DNA from: Cladosporium halotolerans
Taxonomy: Eukaryota
DNA: 64,000 nt
Direction of reading: 5' to 3'
NCBI RefSeq assembly: GCF_011745625.1
Contig: NW_027191464.1
Coordinates: 434,001 to 498,000 of the forward strand
Shown in pieces: positions 35,809 to 48,893 of the stretch. The position numbers and the translations under genes are program-made. How positions within the stretch are numbered: the stretch's first letter is position 1; every line of letters begins with the position of its first letter. The notes below the pieces were generated by a model that did no database searches, was not told the origin of the DNA, and saw only the letters and a program-made list of their open reading frames with translations.

Positions 35809-38368
35809 ATGGCATCATCTGCGGAAACGGTTCCCAAAGCGGCCAGGCCGTCTTTTGCGAGAGTGCGTTGTCTTATTTCGAGGACCGAGTGAAGGTCGTA
35901 ATTCTGACATGTCCCAGATCGCTGCCGCTGGAATACAGCCTCCGAGTGCGCAGCAAAATTCGAAATCCACTTCCCACAGTGCTCAGCACTCTTCTGCCAT
36001 TTCACCCTTGCCTAACGGCCCTAATAATGACCTGAACACCAAATCTTCGCATGAGCCAACCGGTAATGCGCAACAAGCACAGCTTTCGCGTATTGAGGGG
36101 ACGAATCTGCAAGAGCCGGGCGGAACCTCCTCTGCAGGGCCAGAGGTTCATATCGAAGCCGTAGATGGAACTTCCACTGCTAAGGAAGAGAACGGCCCAG
36201 AAGGCTTGCTGTCCCCAAACAACGTGGATGAGACTGGAACACTAGTCTCGTCTTGCGATGGAGATGGAAAGCCATCCAGTTCGGACGAGAAGAGCGTTGC
36301 ATCTGGAACCACTTTCGCACTAGACGAGAAAGAGTCTCTGCGTCCGGACGACAGTGCAAGCGTTCAAGCATCCGCCGAGGACGATGATCTTGGCTACCCG
36401 CCAGGCACTGGCGCTCCAACTTCGCGTCTCGGATCCGAAGATGGCGTGCGTGCATTCCGTGATCAATTGCACGAGATTCACGCCATGGAGCCTGCAAGGC
36501 GACCCCAGACCGGAGCAGGTGCTGAGGGAAGCGCACGTCAAGGCGTACTATATGTGCCACCTGAAGGCTCAGGAATAGGCAGCGTGCCGCGCCCGAATCG
36601 TCAGGCTACAGTGACAGCGGATTCTGGTGCAGCTGTCCCTGACACGAAGCTGCTCGAGGCCTTGGAAAACCCTCGTGATCGCATCTGGGTCTTGAAATTG
36701 GAGCAAGATGTCATTGACTTTGTGAAAGACGCCAAAGAGTCTTCTCTCAATCTGCCTCAGTGCAACTCATTTTACAGGATGTTGGCGCACAAGATGGCGG
36801 ACTACTATATGCTTGGACATTCCGTGGATGACTCGAATTCGGCCGTTCGCTTATACAGGACTCCTCACTGCCGCATCCCGCAACCGTTGACTGGCGTAGT
36901 CACACCATCGACTGCTGCTAGCACACCGCCGCCAGCAGGCCCTCAAATTAAGCTTCTGCGCCGTGGCATTGACCCTGGACCTGCAATCGCAAATGGTTCC
37001 AACATGAACTCCAAAACCAATTCGGATGAGGAAAGTGGTGACGACAAAAAGAAGCCGGTCTCACGAGAAGAGCGAGAGGCACGCTATGAGGCTGCTCGTC
37101 TCAGGATCATGGGCTCAGCAAAGCCCACCGAGTCCGAGATTGTGAAGGAGAAAGATGAGTCCAGGTCAAGCTCCGCCGCTGGCAAAAGGTCGAAGAAGAA
37201 GCAGCGCGACAACAGCGATGATGGATTCGAAGCTAGATCGGCGTACAGCTCGTTCTTCGCTCCGACATATTCGTCAAACGGTGGCTACACAAGTCAACCC
37301 GTCGCCTATCAGAACCCGCAAGGCGCTAATGCGTCCCAATTCACTCCTAGTCCTTACACCAACCCAGAGCTCGGCGGTATGCCTCAATATGGCGCACAGA
37401 ATGCAGGTCAACAGTGGGGCGCTTCGGCGTATCCAGGGGGAGACGGTAACCAGTCATGGTACCAGAGCTCGCAGCCCTATGATCTGAACAAAAATTTCAA
37501 CCAGGCCATGTCCTTTCAGACTCCGCAGGCGATGGAACAGCAGCAGACTACGCACAGCCCCTACGCACAGGGCTACATGCAACAGTCTTACGCATCGCCG
37601 AATCCATGGCAGCAGCATGGATTTGGAGCAAGTCAGCAACCCACGACAGGTTTCGGCTCTACTCAAGGCTTCCCTGACAGAAACCCAATATCGGGTTATA
37701 CGCCGCAAATGCAGCAACATCAGCCGCATCAACAGCAGAATTATCCATTTGGGCAATTGCCAAGCCAGAATATGGGCAGGGCGCCGAACGCGCTGGAACA
37801 TCCTCTACCTGGTAGCTGGAAGAGCCCACACTTCAACCCGCAGAGCCAAGCCTTCGTGCCGGGACCAGCTACCAACCCTTCATTCCGTCCCTTCACGCCT
37901 CAGAGGCAGACAGCAGGCGCAAACAATGGCGGCCCTCAAGGAATGCAGTATCCTTTGGAAAGACAGATGTCTTCGCATTCACAGGGCTCCTCCTTTGGCT
38001 CTCCGCACCACGCCATGCACGCCGCTGGTGGACCTCCGCGCATGCCAACACAGCCTCTCACTCATCCACTACCTCAGCCCGTCTTTCCCCGCCAACCTTC
38101 CCCGAACGTCCCCCTGCCGCCCAAGCCGATGTCAGGCCCTCTGCTGGAACAAGCGCGACACTCGCCCTCGGCCGCAAACCAGATGTCGCCGCAAAACTCC
38201 AGCATAGCAAAATGGGGCGCGCCGGCCTCTCTCCCCGCCAAGCCACCGCCTTCCGCCGAGCCTTTCGACGCTTCTCGCTTCAACCCCGCCCAGCGTACGC
38301 CGGCTTTCAACTCTGCGGCTGCTGCTCGTCTGCCCGGCGCCGGCTTGTCGGGCTACGGACCTATGTAG
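35809..38368 (+). CDS. R3H + SUZ domain RNA-binding protein (Rbs1-like) with Q/P-rich tail
   Basis: Exon 1 MASSAETVPKAARPSFAR, intron 35863-35917, R3H motif NSFYRMLAHKMADYY and SUZ motif SREEREARYEAARLRI. Confidence 0.9.
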
Positions 38369-38911
38369 TTCCTGAATCGTAGCCGCACGGTTAACGGCTT
38401 TGGGCCTTCTGCTATCGATGGGTAATCATATGGGAGGCGTTAGGGTGGGACTGCTGTTGGTGACTCGGGGTTTTCAGATCGTGGTTTGCATCTTTGGGCA
38501 TTGGTTGTGTTGCATCATAGTACGCTGGTTATATAGCATGGTTATTACAAAATATTCCATTAATGATCTCTGTTTGCTCGAATGCACCTCTCGCGCGCTT
38601 GGGCATCTGCCTGGATTCAGACGTTTGCTCTTATCTTCAGAAGAAACTTCATACGAGGATTGCTCAACTCGGTCGGGCCGGTGTATTCTTCCTTAAGAGG
38701 TGGTTTATTTGCATGTTCAACGATTTCATTAAGTTGAGGGTTTGACCTCGAATCATGATCCTGATCCTGTCAGGTCCATTCTGTCTATGATAACATTCTC
38801 CCCAACCACCACGAGCCAACGTGCACACTACTCCCCCTGCCTTGGTATAATCTCCCTCATCCTCAACACCCTCCTTCCCTCCAACCCTCCCACCCAGAAA
38901 CCCCAACGCCC

Positions 38912-39322
38912 TCACTTCGACACCTCCTCCACCCCCTCCCGCCCCTTCTCGAACGCCCGCCTCCACAGCCCCGCGACCTTATCTTCCAACCGCTCCCTCG
39001 CCGCGCCCCAGTCCGCCGTCTGCAGCGTCCGCACGTTGCGCTCCAGCTCCGCGTTCCACCGGTCCTTCGCCGTCTCGAGCAGGCCCTGCTGCACGTGCCG
39101 GTCGATGGGTTGGGGCGCGAGAGGCGCCGGCTCCACGATGCCGGTTAGCAGCTGCGCTTGTTGGTGCAGGAGGGCGGACTGGTGCAGGCGGTTGCGCGCG
39201 TGCAGGTTGAGCGAGAGGTAGAGGATGGTCGTTGTTAGGGTGAAGCCGCCGAGCTGGGGATTGTTAGTTTCGTGTCGGGGATCGTGGCGCTGGGGACGTA
39301 CGAGGCCGGTTGTGAAGCCCAT
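38912..39322 (-). CDS. MIC12: MICOS complex subunit Mic12-like
   Basis: Removing the in-frame intron 39254-39301 gives MGFTTGLLGGFTLTTTILYL...ETAKDRWNAELE. Confidence 0.8.
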   Translation of the reverse strand: MGFTTGLVRPQRHDPRHETNNPQLGGFTLTTTILYLSLNLHARNRLHQSALLHQQAQLLTGIVEPAPLAPQPIDRHVQQGLLETAKDRWNAELERNVRTLQTADWGAARERLEDKVAGLWRRAFEKGREGVEEVSK

Positions 39323-39707
39323 TGCTGCGAGTTGCTGCTCGGCGGCGCGAGGGTTGTTTGTTGCGCCTTGAGGGTTTTGAGTTGGTTGCGATGCGCAAGT
39401 GGTGATGCGAGATCATCGGTGCTGGTGCTGGCGCATTGGGCGCGGAAGGCTTCCGAAACGGGCTGGGATCGCCGCGGGTTGCGGGTCGCGGAGTTGGACT
39501 TTGGCTGGAGGGTTTCTGGAGTTCGAGATTGGGAACTTCACGTTCGTTCGCACTGCTGTGTCCGGTTTCGCTTTGCTGGGCTGGAGATTATTGCAGGGTA
39601 CGCCAGCTCAAATCAACAGATACAAACGAGGAGAATCTACCCACAGGGAAAGCGACGGGACGCACGATACCTAGAGGAGAGAAAACCCGCGGCGCAAGGC
39701 ATAAACC

Positions 39708-40372
39708 ATGGCGGGAGGCGCGATCAAATACCGACACTTGAGCAGAAACTCTGCGCACCGCAAGGCGCTGCTGCGAAACCTGGTCACATCGCTCATCGAG
39801 CACGAATCCATCTCGACAACATGGCACAAGGCGAAGGAGGCCCAGCGGGTGGCCGACAAGCTCATCACCCTGGGCAAGAAGAACACCGACGCTAGCAGAC
39901 GCTCTGCCATGGGCAGATTATTCGTACGTGGTTCTTTGCCTTTTTCCAATCCTCCAGAACATTTCCAATCGCTAACACAATATCCCAGAGACCCCACGAA
40001 ATCCTCCCCAAGCTCTTCGGCCCCCTCCGCGAACGCTACGCCGACCGCCCCGGCGGCTACACGCGCGTGCTGCGCATCGAGCCCCTCAAGGAAGACCAGG
40101 CGCCCTCCGCCATCCTCGAGCTCGTCGACGGCCCCAAGGACATGCGCTTCGCCATGACGGCGCGCACGATCGCCAAGGCGCAGGCCGCCGGCCGCAAGAT
40201 CAACGACATGACCGCCGCCAACATCCACAAGGTCACGCGCTTCCGCAAGACGGCGGACAAGGACCTCGAGGAGATGGTGGAGAAGTTCGCGGAGATGGAG
40301 GCCGCGGGCGATTTTGGCGATGACAAGGTCGAGAAGAAGAAGGTTTACCCTAGGCAGGAGAGGAGTAGGTGA
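39708..40372 (+). CDS. MRPL8: Mitochondrial ribosomal protein bL17m (yeast MRPL8 homolog)
   Basis: RHLSRNSAHRKALLRNLVTSLIEHESISTT..KAKE, intron 39924-39988, then RPGGYTRVL. Confidence 0.93.
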
Positions 40373-41035
40373 GGGGTTTGGTTGAGGGAATGTAAAATCA
40401 AGGCATTAAGTTTTGGAGTTTGGGGATTTGCTCTGCTGTGGCATGTTTTCAGCAGAAGGCGGAGGAGCGGGCATCGTGCCTGGGTGTGTCGGGAGGACAT
40501 CAGAGAACTCCAGTTCAATATGCGAGGACGGCCCACCATGCCACCTCAAGAGTACGGGCTCAGAGGGTGATTCAGCGCCTGAGCCCGACCATCCGGCACA
40601 TTGCGAGTCTGCTGGGCTTGCATGTCGTCCAGTGTATCTTAAGATCATGTACAATGTAAAAATACCATAAGAGCGGTTTCTTCCATCCTTTTCACAGGTG
40701 TGAGCATCAGGGTTTGTGAGATCAAACTTCCGGACGATCAAATACCGACGATTGAGACTCATCTGGGAGAATAGCAAGATATCGTGAGAATGAGATTCGT
40801 TTCCATACGTCTAAAAAAATGAGAATCCCACACAGCCGGGTGACGCGTTTTCAAAGAGTGAGGTAATGACATACGAAAAGTTATCAGCCCGGAAAAGAGG
40901 CATTCAGCGAGAGACCATCGTCGGGATATCGTGTGCGTAGGGAAAGAAAATGAGCACCAACGCCACGCTGTTGACCAAGAAAAGCAAACCCAAAAAAGAA
41001 CATCACGGCTCCAGTCCTTCATTGTATCTCATTTC

Positions 41036-42109
41036 TCACACGTTCGCCTTCCAGCGGAATGCCTCGCTCTCGCCGGTACGGCTCGGGTGGAGAGCGCTGT
41101 CGGGGCGCTGAACAAGGTGTGCGAACTGCGGGTTGATCCCCTGAGGAGACGAGATCTCCATCTCCCTGCCACTGTCGCCGCTCACGTTGACCGGGAGCTT
41201 CGGACCAATGCTCTGACGGGACTTCCTGAACGGCCAGACCTTCTTCTTCGTGCAGTCGGTTGCGCGAGAGTACTTGCTGGTCGGAGAGATGGGAGCCGGG
41301 TCGCGGTGCACAGGGTACGGTGGCGAAGATGGCGAGCTGGTGTGGTAGGATGGCAGGATGGAGTCGCGGCGCTCGGAGGTCAGGATGCGGAAGGGGTTGC
41401 TGCTGGATTTGGTCGGCGTGACGGGGTTGTTGATGTAGGACTGCGCGAGCTCGGGGGCGGAGGGAGTGCTGTGTGCGCTCGGCGGCATGGGAGTTTTGTG
41501 GACGGCGACGGCGCCGTGGGCGCGGACTTGACGGGCGGTTACGCCGCGGCTGCGGTCGCGGAAGACATAGCTCTGGAAGTGATATTAGCGAGTCTTGTTT
41601 TGCGTGGATGGGGTGCGTAGTGAGCTTACTGCGACCAGGTTCAACCAGCCTAGGATGAAGACGAGAATACCGGAGGAGATGACGATGCGCCAGAAGGCGA
41701 GACCGAGAGATTGCTGACTCGTAGCTTCCTTGTTAAGGTTGCCGAGCATGTTGACTCCCAGAACGATCATCGCAAGAGCTAGAGTGACGAAGCCATGCGC
41801 CGGGCTCAGAAGGGGCCAGTTGCGGGCGAAGAAGCCACGGAAAAGAGAGAGTTCAGACACCAGCAGAAACACTGTCGTGGTGTTAATATTGGACTTGCGG
41901 GCACGGTCTGAGGTATACTTACTGCTCGTGATAGCCGTAAGGACGTGTGTGACCGCGTCGAAAAAGAAGAACTTGGAAGACACAGAGGTCTTAACGAGCA
42001 TGACCACGCTCGCGGCAATAACGGCGAGGAATCCGATGATGTTCATAACGCGCATGCCGTTGAGTATGACATAGCCTGGACCTGCCAGAGACTTGGACGA
42101 GAGCGTCAT
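41036..42109 (-). CDS. Conserved fungal four-TM membrane protein with Ser/Pro-rich cytoplasmic tail
   Basis: MTLSSKSLAGPGYVILN.MR.MNII, coding introns 41872-41922 and 41573-41629, and a probable 5'-UTR intron at 42207-42254. Confidence 0.8.
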
Positions 42110-43310
42110 CTTGCTAGGGATCGGAGTCGACTGTTTGCCTTCGTTCGGGCCAAAGATTTTGGTGATCCTGCTGACGTTGGTTGCGTCGATGGGCAGGTAA
42201 ATTAGCCTTTTAACGTTAGGATGTTGCATTCTACGTCGTCGAAGGATCTCTTACTTTTCGGTCGGGTAAAGGCGCAGGAACATGTGTAAGATTTCTGGGT
42301 ATTCGCGTTTGAAGTGACTGGCCAGCAGTCTTTTTTGAGCAACGAGAGCGTTAACAAAGAGGCGGATCGACAAGTGGAAGCAAATGTGTAAATTTGAAGC
42401 AGTGAATTAATAGGGTAGAATGCAAGAAGGATGTTCAAAGCCGTGGAGGCGATGAGATACCCGACAATAGGGAAATTGAACAATAGGGAATGGGTCGAGG
42501 GAAGGAAATGCTGTTCGTTGAAGGAGGAGGGTGAGGTGAGTTCAGAAGCGCTGACTTCGCAGCGGGATTGTTGCTATTGTCATGCGACCCATTCACGTGG
42601 GTTCACGCGCCCGCGCGACGCTATTGTCGAAGGTTCATCGATCTCGTGCTCGACGTGGAATCTGAAACGCAGCATGTGAATTTCTGGGCGGCTACGGTGG
42701 CGATGGATCTAAGCACGGTCGACATTCTCGAGCAATTGCTTCCAAAATCCGACCTAAGATATCTCTATTGGTCGTGGATGCTTGCAAATCCTCTGCGAGC
42801 CCGACGTGTCGAGTATGAGGCATGCCATACCGATTGACTGGCTGAGCGTTGTGCTGCAGTCGAGCAAGCGCCGTGTTTCAAGTCGCATGCACGCCATTTT
42901 GGGCGCCGTGGAGAGCAAAGCTAAATGGGGTCGATTGTCTGAGCTTTGCAGGCACCAATGTTTGGTATGGACCTGAGATACCTGCCTCGTTCATGACCAC
43001 TGTTGTTGTAACGAAGGCTAGTACCGTCACCGGCAAGATCGAAGGAAGTGAACGGAATACCCGAAGCACGTGCAAGCAGAGGCTAAAGCTGGCGCGCACG
43101 GGCCAGCCGAGCAGTCTGGATCTCAGCTTCCGCCTGCTTGCTGGGAAAAATATCGCGCGGTGCTGCTCTGTCCCTTCTCTCTTTCTGACAGGCCATCACA
43201 TCCACGCTCAACAGATTTTAGCAACTGCACACGCGCAGCTTCGTGTGATTTTTTCCGTCCATTTCTGCAATCTGTCAACAAAATAACACTTTGAGACCCT
43301 TCAAGCCAAG

Positions 43311-43614
43311 ATGGCCCGTGGCAACCAGCGTGAGAAGGCCCGCGAGGCTGCTCAGAAGAAGGCTGCCGGTGTGGTGCGTATCGCGATATCTTGTCTCTTT
43401 CCCGCCATGCCACGCATCTTCTGACACCCCAATAGAAAAACAAGACCACCATGTCCGGCTCCCAGCAGGCTGCCGACAAGGAGAAGGTCGCCGCCATCAT
43501 GCAGGCGAAGCAGGCCGCAGGTAAGCCGGATGTGCTGCGAAGCGCTCTCAAGAATATACACGCTAACAACATGTACTAGCTGAGGCGAAGAAGGCTGAGG
43601 CTGGGAAGAAATAG
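43311..43614 (+). CDS. SERF/4F5 family small protein (missing from the ORF track)
   Basis: MARGNQREKAREAAQKK is the SERF signature. Introns 43374-43435 and 43521-43579 give ...AAIMQAKQAAAEAKKAEAGKK*. Confidence 0.92.
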
Positions 43615-44229
43615 GCGCAGTCTTCAAATCACTCAGCAGCGCCTGCGTACTCTCAAGATAAGCGACAGGCTGGAGTTTTCAGGGGCTCATGGGTAGGAGT
43701 TCAGCATGCACGAAGGATTTCCCTTTTGAATAGCGACAAAGATACCAAAAATGATATTACGGCCTCGTTCAGCGATTAGAGATTCCACCCTTCTCATCCA
43801 GGGGCCACTGGCGTATCGAAGTTGCTCGAATGCCTGTGTTTCAGCTTGGCTTGGTGGTAGGCATCGTGCTTTGTGTTGAGGACCACTAGGTTTGACAGTC
43901 TCGCGACTCATCGATCATGTAGCTATGTGTACTAGTGGGTGAGATATGAGTGAGTGAGTGCTTGTTCGCCACCCTGTCTGTATTGTTGGCCATAGCACCA
44001 TTATATTGAGCTGCACAGCCCCAGTGTTTCGACGGGCATCTTCGAAAAGACTCGCTGACTTGCGACGACTGTGGAGGAGCCGGCCGGCGGGGCCAAGAGC
44101 AGGGTCCAACACGGGGTCTGGGTCTGGCTGTTTTAACGTTCAACGCCCGCATGGCATCATGCCTTCACATTGACACGACAGCTTGTACCTGTTGTACGCC
44201 TGGATACCCTCTCACAGACGTTGGTTGCA

Positions 44230-45502
44230 ATGTCTTCGTCAGTCGCTACCGCTACCACCACGCAGCGGCGCGCTGCCGCTTCAACACCACCACCGGCAAA
44301 GGAGCAGGCCTCCTCCAAGGACGACTTCTTTTGGACGTACACGGAAGAGCCGCATGCTACGAGGAGGCAAGCAATTATCAAGGCACACCCTGAGGTACAG
44401 AACAACTGAATACAGAGAGACAAGTCGACGGTCGTGAATATGTGAGGCTCACAGCTTCACAGGTTCTGAAGCTCTGCGGACCAGAGCCCTTGACCTTCCC
44501 TGTTGTCTTGGGAGTCGTCGGTCTGCAATTATTCTGCGCTTACGCACTGCGCAACACGCCGTTTTTGTCATGGCAGACGTTTGTCACGGCATACGTGATT
44601 GGTGCAACTGCGAACCAGAATCTGTTCCTGGCTATTCATGAGATTTCTCACAACTTGGCTTTCAAGTCGCCATTGGCGAACAGACTGCTCGCAGTCTTCG
44701 CGAACCTTCCTATTGGCATTCCTTACTCTGCCTCATTCAGGGTATGCTTGCATTCTGCCTTCCACATCTTGATCTTGCCTCTGACTTGCTCTCCCAGCCT
44801 TACCACCTGACTCACCACAAATCTCTCGGCGTGGACGGTCTCGACACCGACCTGCCTACTTCCCTCGAAGCATGGTTCCTCGACTCGGTCGCTGGCAAAG
44901 CCTTCTTCGCGACTTTTCAAATCCTCTTCTACGCCCTCCGTCCTATGATGGTGTACAACCTCCCGCTCACCAAGATCCACGCTTTCAACGTCGCTGTGCA
45001 AATTGCCTTCGACTACCTGCTCGTAACCAACGTCGGCGGCAAAGCTCTCGGCTACCTGATCCTGAGCTCTTTCCTCGCAGGTTCCCTGCACCCCGTCGCT
45101 GGCCACTTCATCGCCGAACACTACGTTTTCGCCCAGCACTCGCGCTCCCAGCAGAAGTCGGACGAGAAGAAGAGCAAGGAAGCAGAGTCGGCGCCGCCGC
45201 CCGAGACTTTCTCATACTACGGCGCGCTCAACCTGCTCACGTACAACGTGGGTCTGCACAACGAGCACCACGACTTCCCCGCCATCCCGTGGACGCGGCT
45301 GTGGAAGCTCAACGAGATTGCCAACGAGTTCTACTGCGACCTGCCCTGCCACCACAGCTGGGTCAAGGTCATCTGGCAGTTCATCTTGGACAAGGAGGTT
45401 GGTCTTTGGTGCCGTGTCAAGAGGGCCGAGGGCGGCAGGAAAGTTGGTGCTGCTGCGGAGGTCCCGGCTCATGCGCAGCAGCCGCTGAGTAAGGTCGCTT
45501 GA
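44230..45502 (+). CDS. DES1: Sphingolipid delta-4 desaturase
   Basis: DFFWTYTEEPHATRR..I.KAHPEV, introns 44395-44462 and 44742-44797, and His boxes HEISH, HLTHH and HNEHH. Confidence 0.95.
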
Positions 45503-46530
45503 TCTATGATGCTGCAAGCTATGGATGTAACTTTGCTCACTCGTTTGTACAAATTTGGAAGCACGCTCATTCCCATTCGAATCCCATCAATTCATGGAAA
45601 TTCGTTTCTTTCGCAAATCGTCGATGGATCTTTGGTAAACGACTGATTGGGCTGCCGTGAGTGACCGGGCTCCCCTCACGGCAAACTATGACATCTTAGG
45701 AAATTGTTAGCAAATCTCGGCCTGCCGTAAGCATGTAGTGTTGTGAAGAATATCGCGCGGGATATCATCGGCATGTCAAGATCCAGAATCATGGGCATGC
45801 TTCCCGGCATCCATGCCACATTTCACTGCATAGGCGTTTTGTCATGAAAGGCCAGCACGTGGCGAGCACGTGTAAGAGCTAGTGCGAACGCCATCACCGA
45901 GGCCGTGCTTTTTTAGTGATAGCTTGGAAGAACTTGGACGGTTCATGCATGCCGTATCTCGGAGGGCCGCCCAGAGCAGCCGCCTGCCGGAGGCTACCAG
46001 CCGAGGCCCTACATAAGCGCCACGTGAGAGCGCGGCTATCGCCGCTTCCACGGCCTCTTCTCCGGCCGCGGGCCCTGAGCATCCACATTTAACATCTGCC
46101 GGCATTCTGGATTTGCCATGGACGCAGGAACCAAAACCTTTTTTGGCCACGAACGTCAGTTTGCTTTACCGGGCCATGACTCGTTTGGCACCATTCTTTG
46201 CATCCTGTCCAATCACAGCCGTGTGCCTAGATCTTCAAGCACTATCAAGAATGGCAAGCTCCGTCCCGTGAAGCTTTCGATAATGTCTCTGCAGACGTCG
46301 AGATGCCCTCGCTCTCCGGAACGAAGGTGGGACTTTTGCAAATCATGGCTGACCTCGACAGGCGTGGCCCGTTTTGGACGATGTCAACGTCTGTAGCCTC
46401 GCTATGCGTGTGTATAAAACCACGACAACTCCCAAGACGATTGCTACCATTTTGTCACAGCAAATTCACATCCTCCTCTTGACGCCAATACAGCTCAGAC
46501 CTCTTTGTCTTTACATTTAACATTCTCACA

Positions 46531-47904
46531 ATGCGTGTCTCTACCGCGCTTTCTGCAGCACTGCTCGCCAGTTCGGCTGCCGCTGCGCCGACACCTACTC
46601 CCGGCCTTCTCTCCAGCATCCTGGGCAAGATCAACAATGATCTGAACTCCATCCTCAAGTCCCTCGGCGTCACCCTCCAGACCAATGGCAACGCTCATGG
46701 CCCTCACGTCGACTTCGAGGCTCAATGCCCCTTCGATATTAAAGAAGTTGTGCCCAGCCTTTCTCGCTTCGTGCATGACATCGTCTGGCCGCGTGGAGTC
46801 AACGGAGGCAAATACGTAGACTGGAAGACCTTCAAGGCCAACGGTGCCAACCTTGGGGGCTGGCTTGCGAAGGAAAAGAGTCACGACCCATTTTGGTTTG
46901 AGTCGGTGGGCGGCCCCGATGTTCCGGACGAGTGGACTCTCTGCCAGAACCTTGGCTCGCAGTGCGGACCTGTCCTTGAGGCTCGCTACTCCTCTTTCCT
47001 GAACACTAGCACTATCGATCAGCTGGCTTCTGTTGGTATCAACACGCTTCGCATCCCGACGACCTACGCCGCATGGATCAAGGTTCCTGGGTCTCAATTT
47101 TACAGCGGTAACCAGCAGGCTCACCTGAAGACGATCACCGACTATGCCATCAAAAAGTACAACATGCACGTCATCATTGGCCTGCACTCTCTTCCTGGTG
47201 GTGTCAACAGCCTTGACATTGGCGAGGCTATCAACCACAAGGATTGGTTCTTCAACACCACCAACCTCGGCTACTCTTTCCAGGCAGTCGACGGTGTCCT
47301 CAGCTTCATTAGGTCTTCCGGCCACATGAACGCTTTCACCATTGCCCCGATCAACGAGGCCTCCGACAACCGCGCCGGCTTCGCCACCGCCGCCGGCCTT
47401 ACCGTCAACGCCACCAACTGGATCAACACGTACATGAACGGCGTGCTCAAGAAGATCGCCAAGGTCGACCGCCGCATCCCCATGATGATCCAGGACAATT
47501 TCATGGGTGCCTCGTACTGGGCTCCTTTCTACGACGCTAATGCCAACATCGTCTTCGACTCGCACGTCTACTACTTCGCCGCCGCCGGCGCCTACTCCCA
47601 GTACACCGCGCCTGCCGTCTGCGGTCAGGCCGTCTACATCGCCGAGAACTCCAAGTTCCCCGTCTTCATCGGCGAGTGGTCCCTGCAGACTAAGTACAAC
47701 AACACCCTTGAGGGCCGCAAGACTCTCTTCGATACTCAGCGCTTCGCTTGGCATGAGCATGTCTCTGGCGGCGCTTTCTGGACGGCTGTCTCTTATGCCA
47801 ACGCCCCGGTTAATGGTGAGGGTACTCAGCGCGAGTACTGGAGCTACACTGATCTCATCAGGGACGGTGTGATTACTAAGGCTACCAATGCTTCTTACTG
47901 CTAG
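46531..47904 (+). CDS. Secreted GH5 exo-beta-1,3-glucanase-like hydrolase
   Basis: Signal peptide, GANLGGWL..E, NTLRIP, LH.LPG, acid/base INEA and nucleophile GEWS. TATAAA near 46413. Confidence 0.92.
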   Translation: MRVSTALSAALLASSAAAAPTPTPGLLSSILGKINNDLNSILKSLGVTLQTNGNAHGPHVDFEAQCPFDIKEVVPSLSRFVHDIVWPRGVNGGKYVDWKTFKANGANLGGWLAKEKSHDPFWFESVGGPDVPDEWTLCQNLGSQCGPVLEARYSSFLNTSTIDQLASVGINTLRIPTTYAAWIKVPGSQFYSGNQQAHLKTITDYAIKKYNMHVIIGLHSLPGGVNSLDIGEAINHKDWFFNTTNLGYSFQAVDGVLSFIRSSGHMNAFTIAPINEASDNRAGFATAAGLTVNATNWINTYMNGVLKKIAKVDRRIPMMIQDNFMGASYWAPFYDANANIVFDSHVYYFAAAGAYSQYTAPAVCGQAVYIAENSKFPVFIGEWSLQTKYNNTLEGRKTLFDTQRFAWHEHVSGGAFWTAVSYANAPVNGEGTQREYWSYTDLIRDGVITKATNASYC

Positions 47905-48893
47905 ATGGGGTCGACGTGGCCGTGTGAGATACAAACGGATTAAATGGGCGCTTTGGGCATGAGTAACGGTTTTTTTGTTTTTTTGTTCAAGTGTATATGT
48001 AATTTTGCAATTACTATTTTCCAAAAAGACCACTATCGCCGCACTAATTGCCAAGACCTTGAATGTTCAAGTTTGCAGAAGTACGACGACCTTACCTCTC
48101 GGAATTGACGGCTCGACTTGACCTTTTGGTAAGAATACCTGTGCCCACCCGAAGAAATTTGATCGCTTGAGCAGAAGCTGCATAATAAGCCGACGTGGCC
48201 GTCCAGAGTTCGCCGCGTCAGCAAACTTGGAGGTGCACGGCATGTCGGGATTCAAGGGAGGTGCATCTCCCGTTGCGATGCCAGGTAAGAATCGCGAAAA
48301 GATGCCGAAGGTTTTCGCCATCTGGCACTTACAGAAATGATGCTTGCCTCATCAAACCGATCATACATTGCTAGACTCGGCAATCCAACCGACTCGACTT
48401 TCGAGCTTATACATCTTACAGTGGTGTCGACGTTTGTTACAATGCCACCACTCGACCGGAACAATGCCGTAGCTCGCTCACTTCGGCCAATTGACGTTTT
48501 CTCAGGTGACGCTTTCATCGTTGCATACGTACCTGTCTCAATGGCCAAGGACTTTTTAGTATTCAACGGGAAGCCGTCAGCCGCCCGGCAGATGACCTTC
48601 AGTCTGTATGGAAGCATGGCAAACTATCTTGCAGAAAGACTGCCAAGGTTCACTTCCGCCGGAAAATGAAGCTACAATGCTCTTCCGGAATGAAGTCAGC
48701 GATGGCGCGGAGGCTTTCACGTGCCGTCGCTATGCGGACCTAGCTTGTTGCTAGGCAGGTCACAAGACTTCCCACTCTGGTCAATGAGAGTGAGTTGAAT
48801 GTTGTTCTCATACACATCCTTCATTACTCTCACAACCTACTCCAGCCACGAACAATCTACGCTATCGATCCAGACGTTGACACGACCCTCACC

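Noticed and set aside
46495..48054. 519-aa antisense ORF over the GH5 gene (also 7906-8814, 50226-51062, 57714-58655 and 12812-13708)
   Set aside because: Shadow ORFs. Strong C/G codon bias in the real gene removes stops on the opposite strand, and they carry no recognisable motifs.
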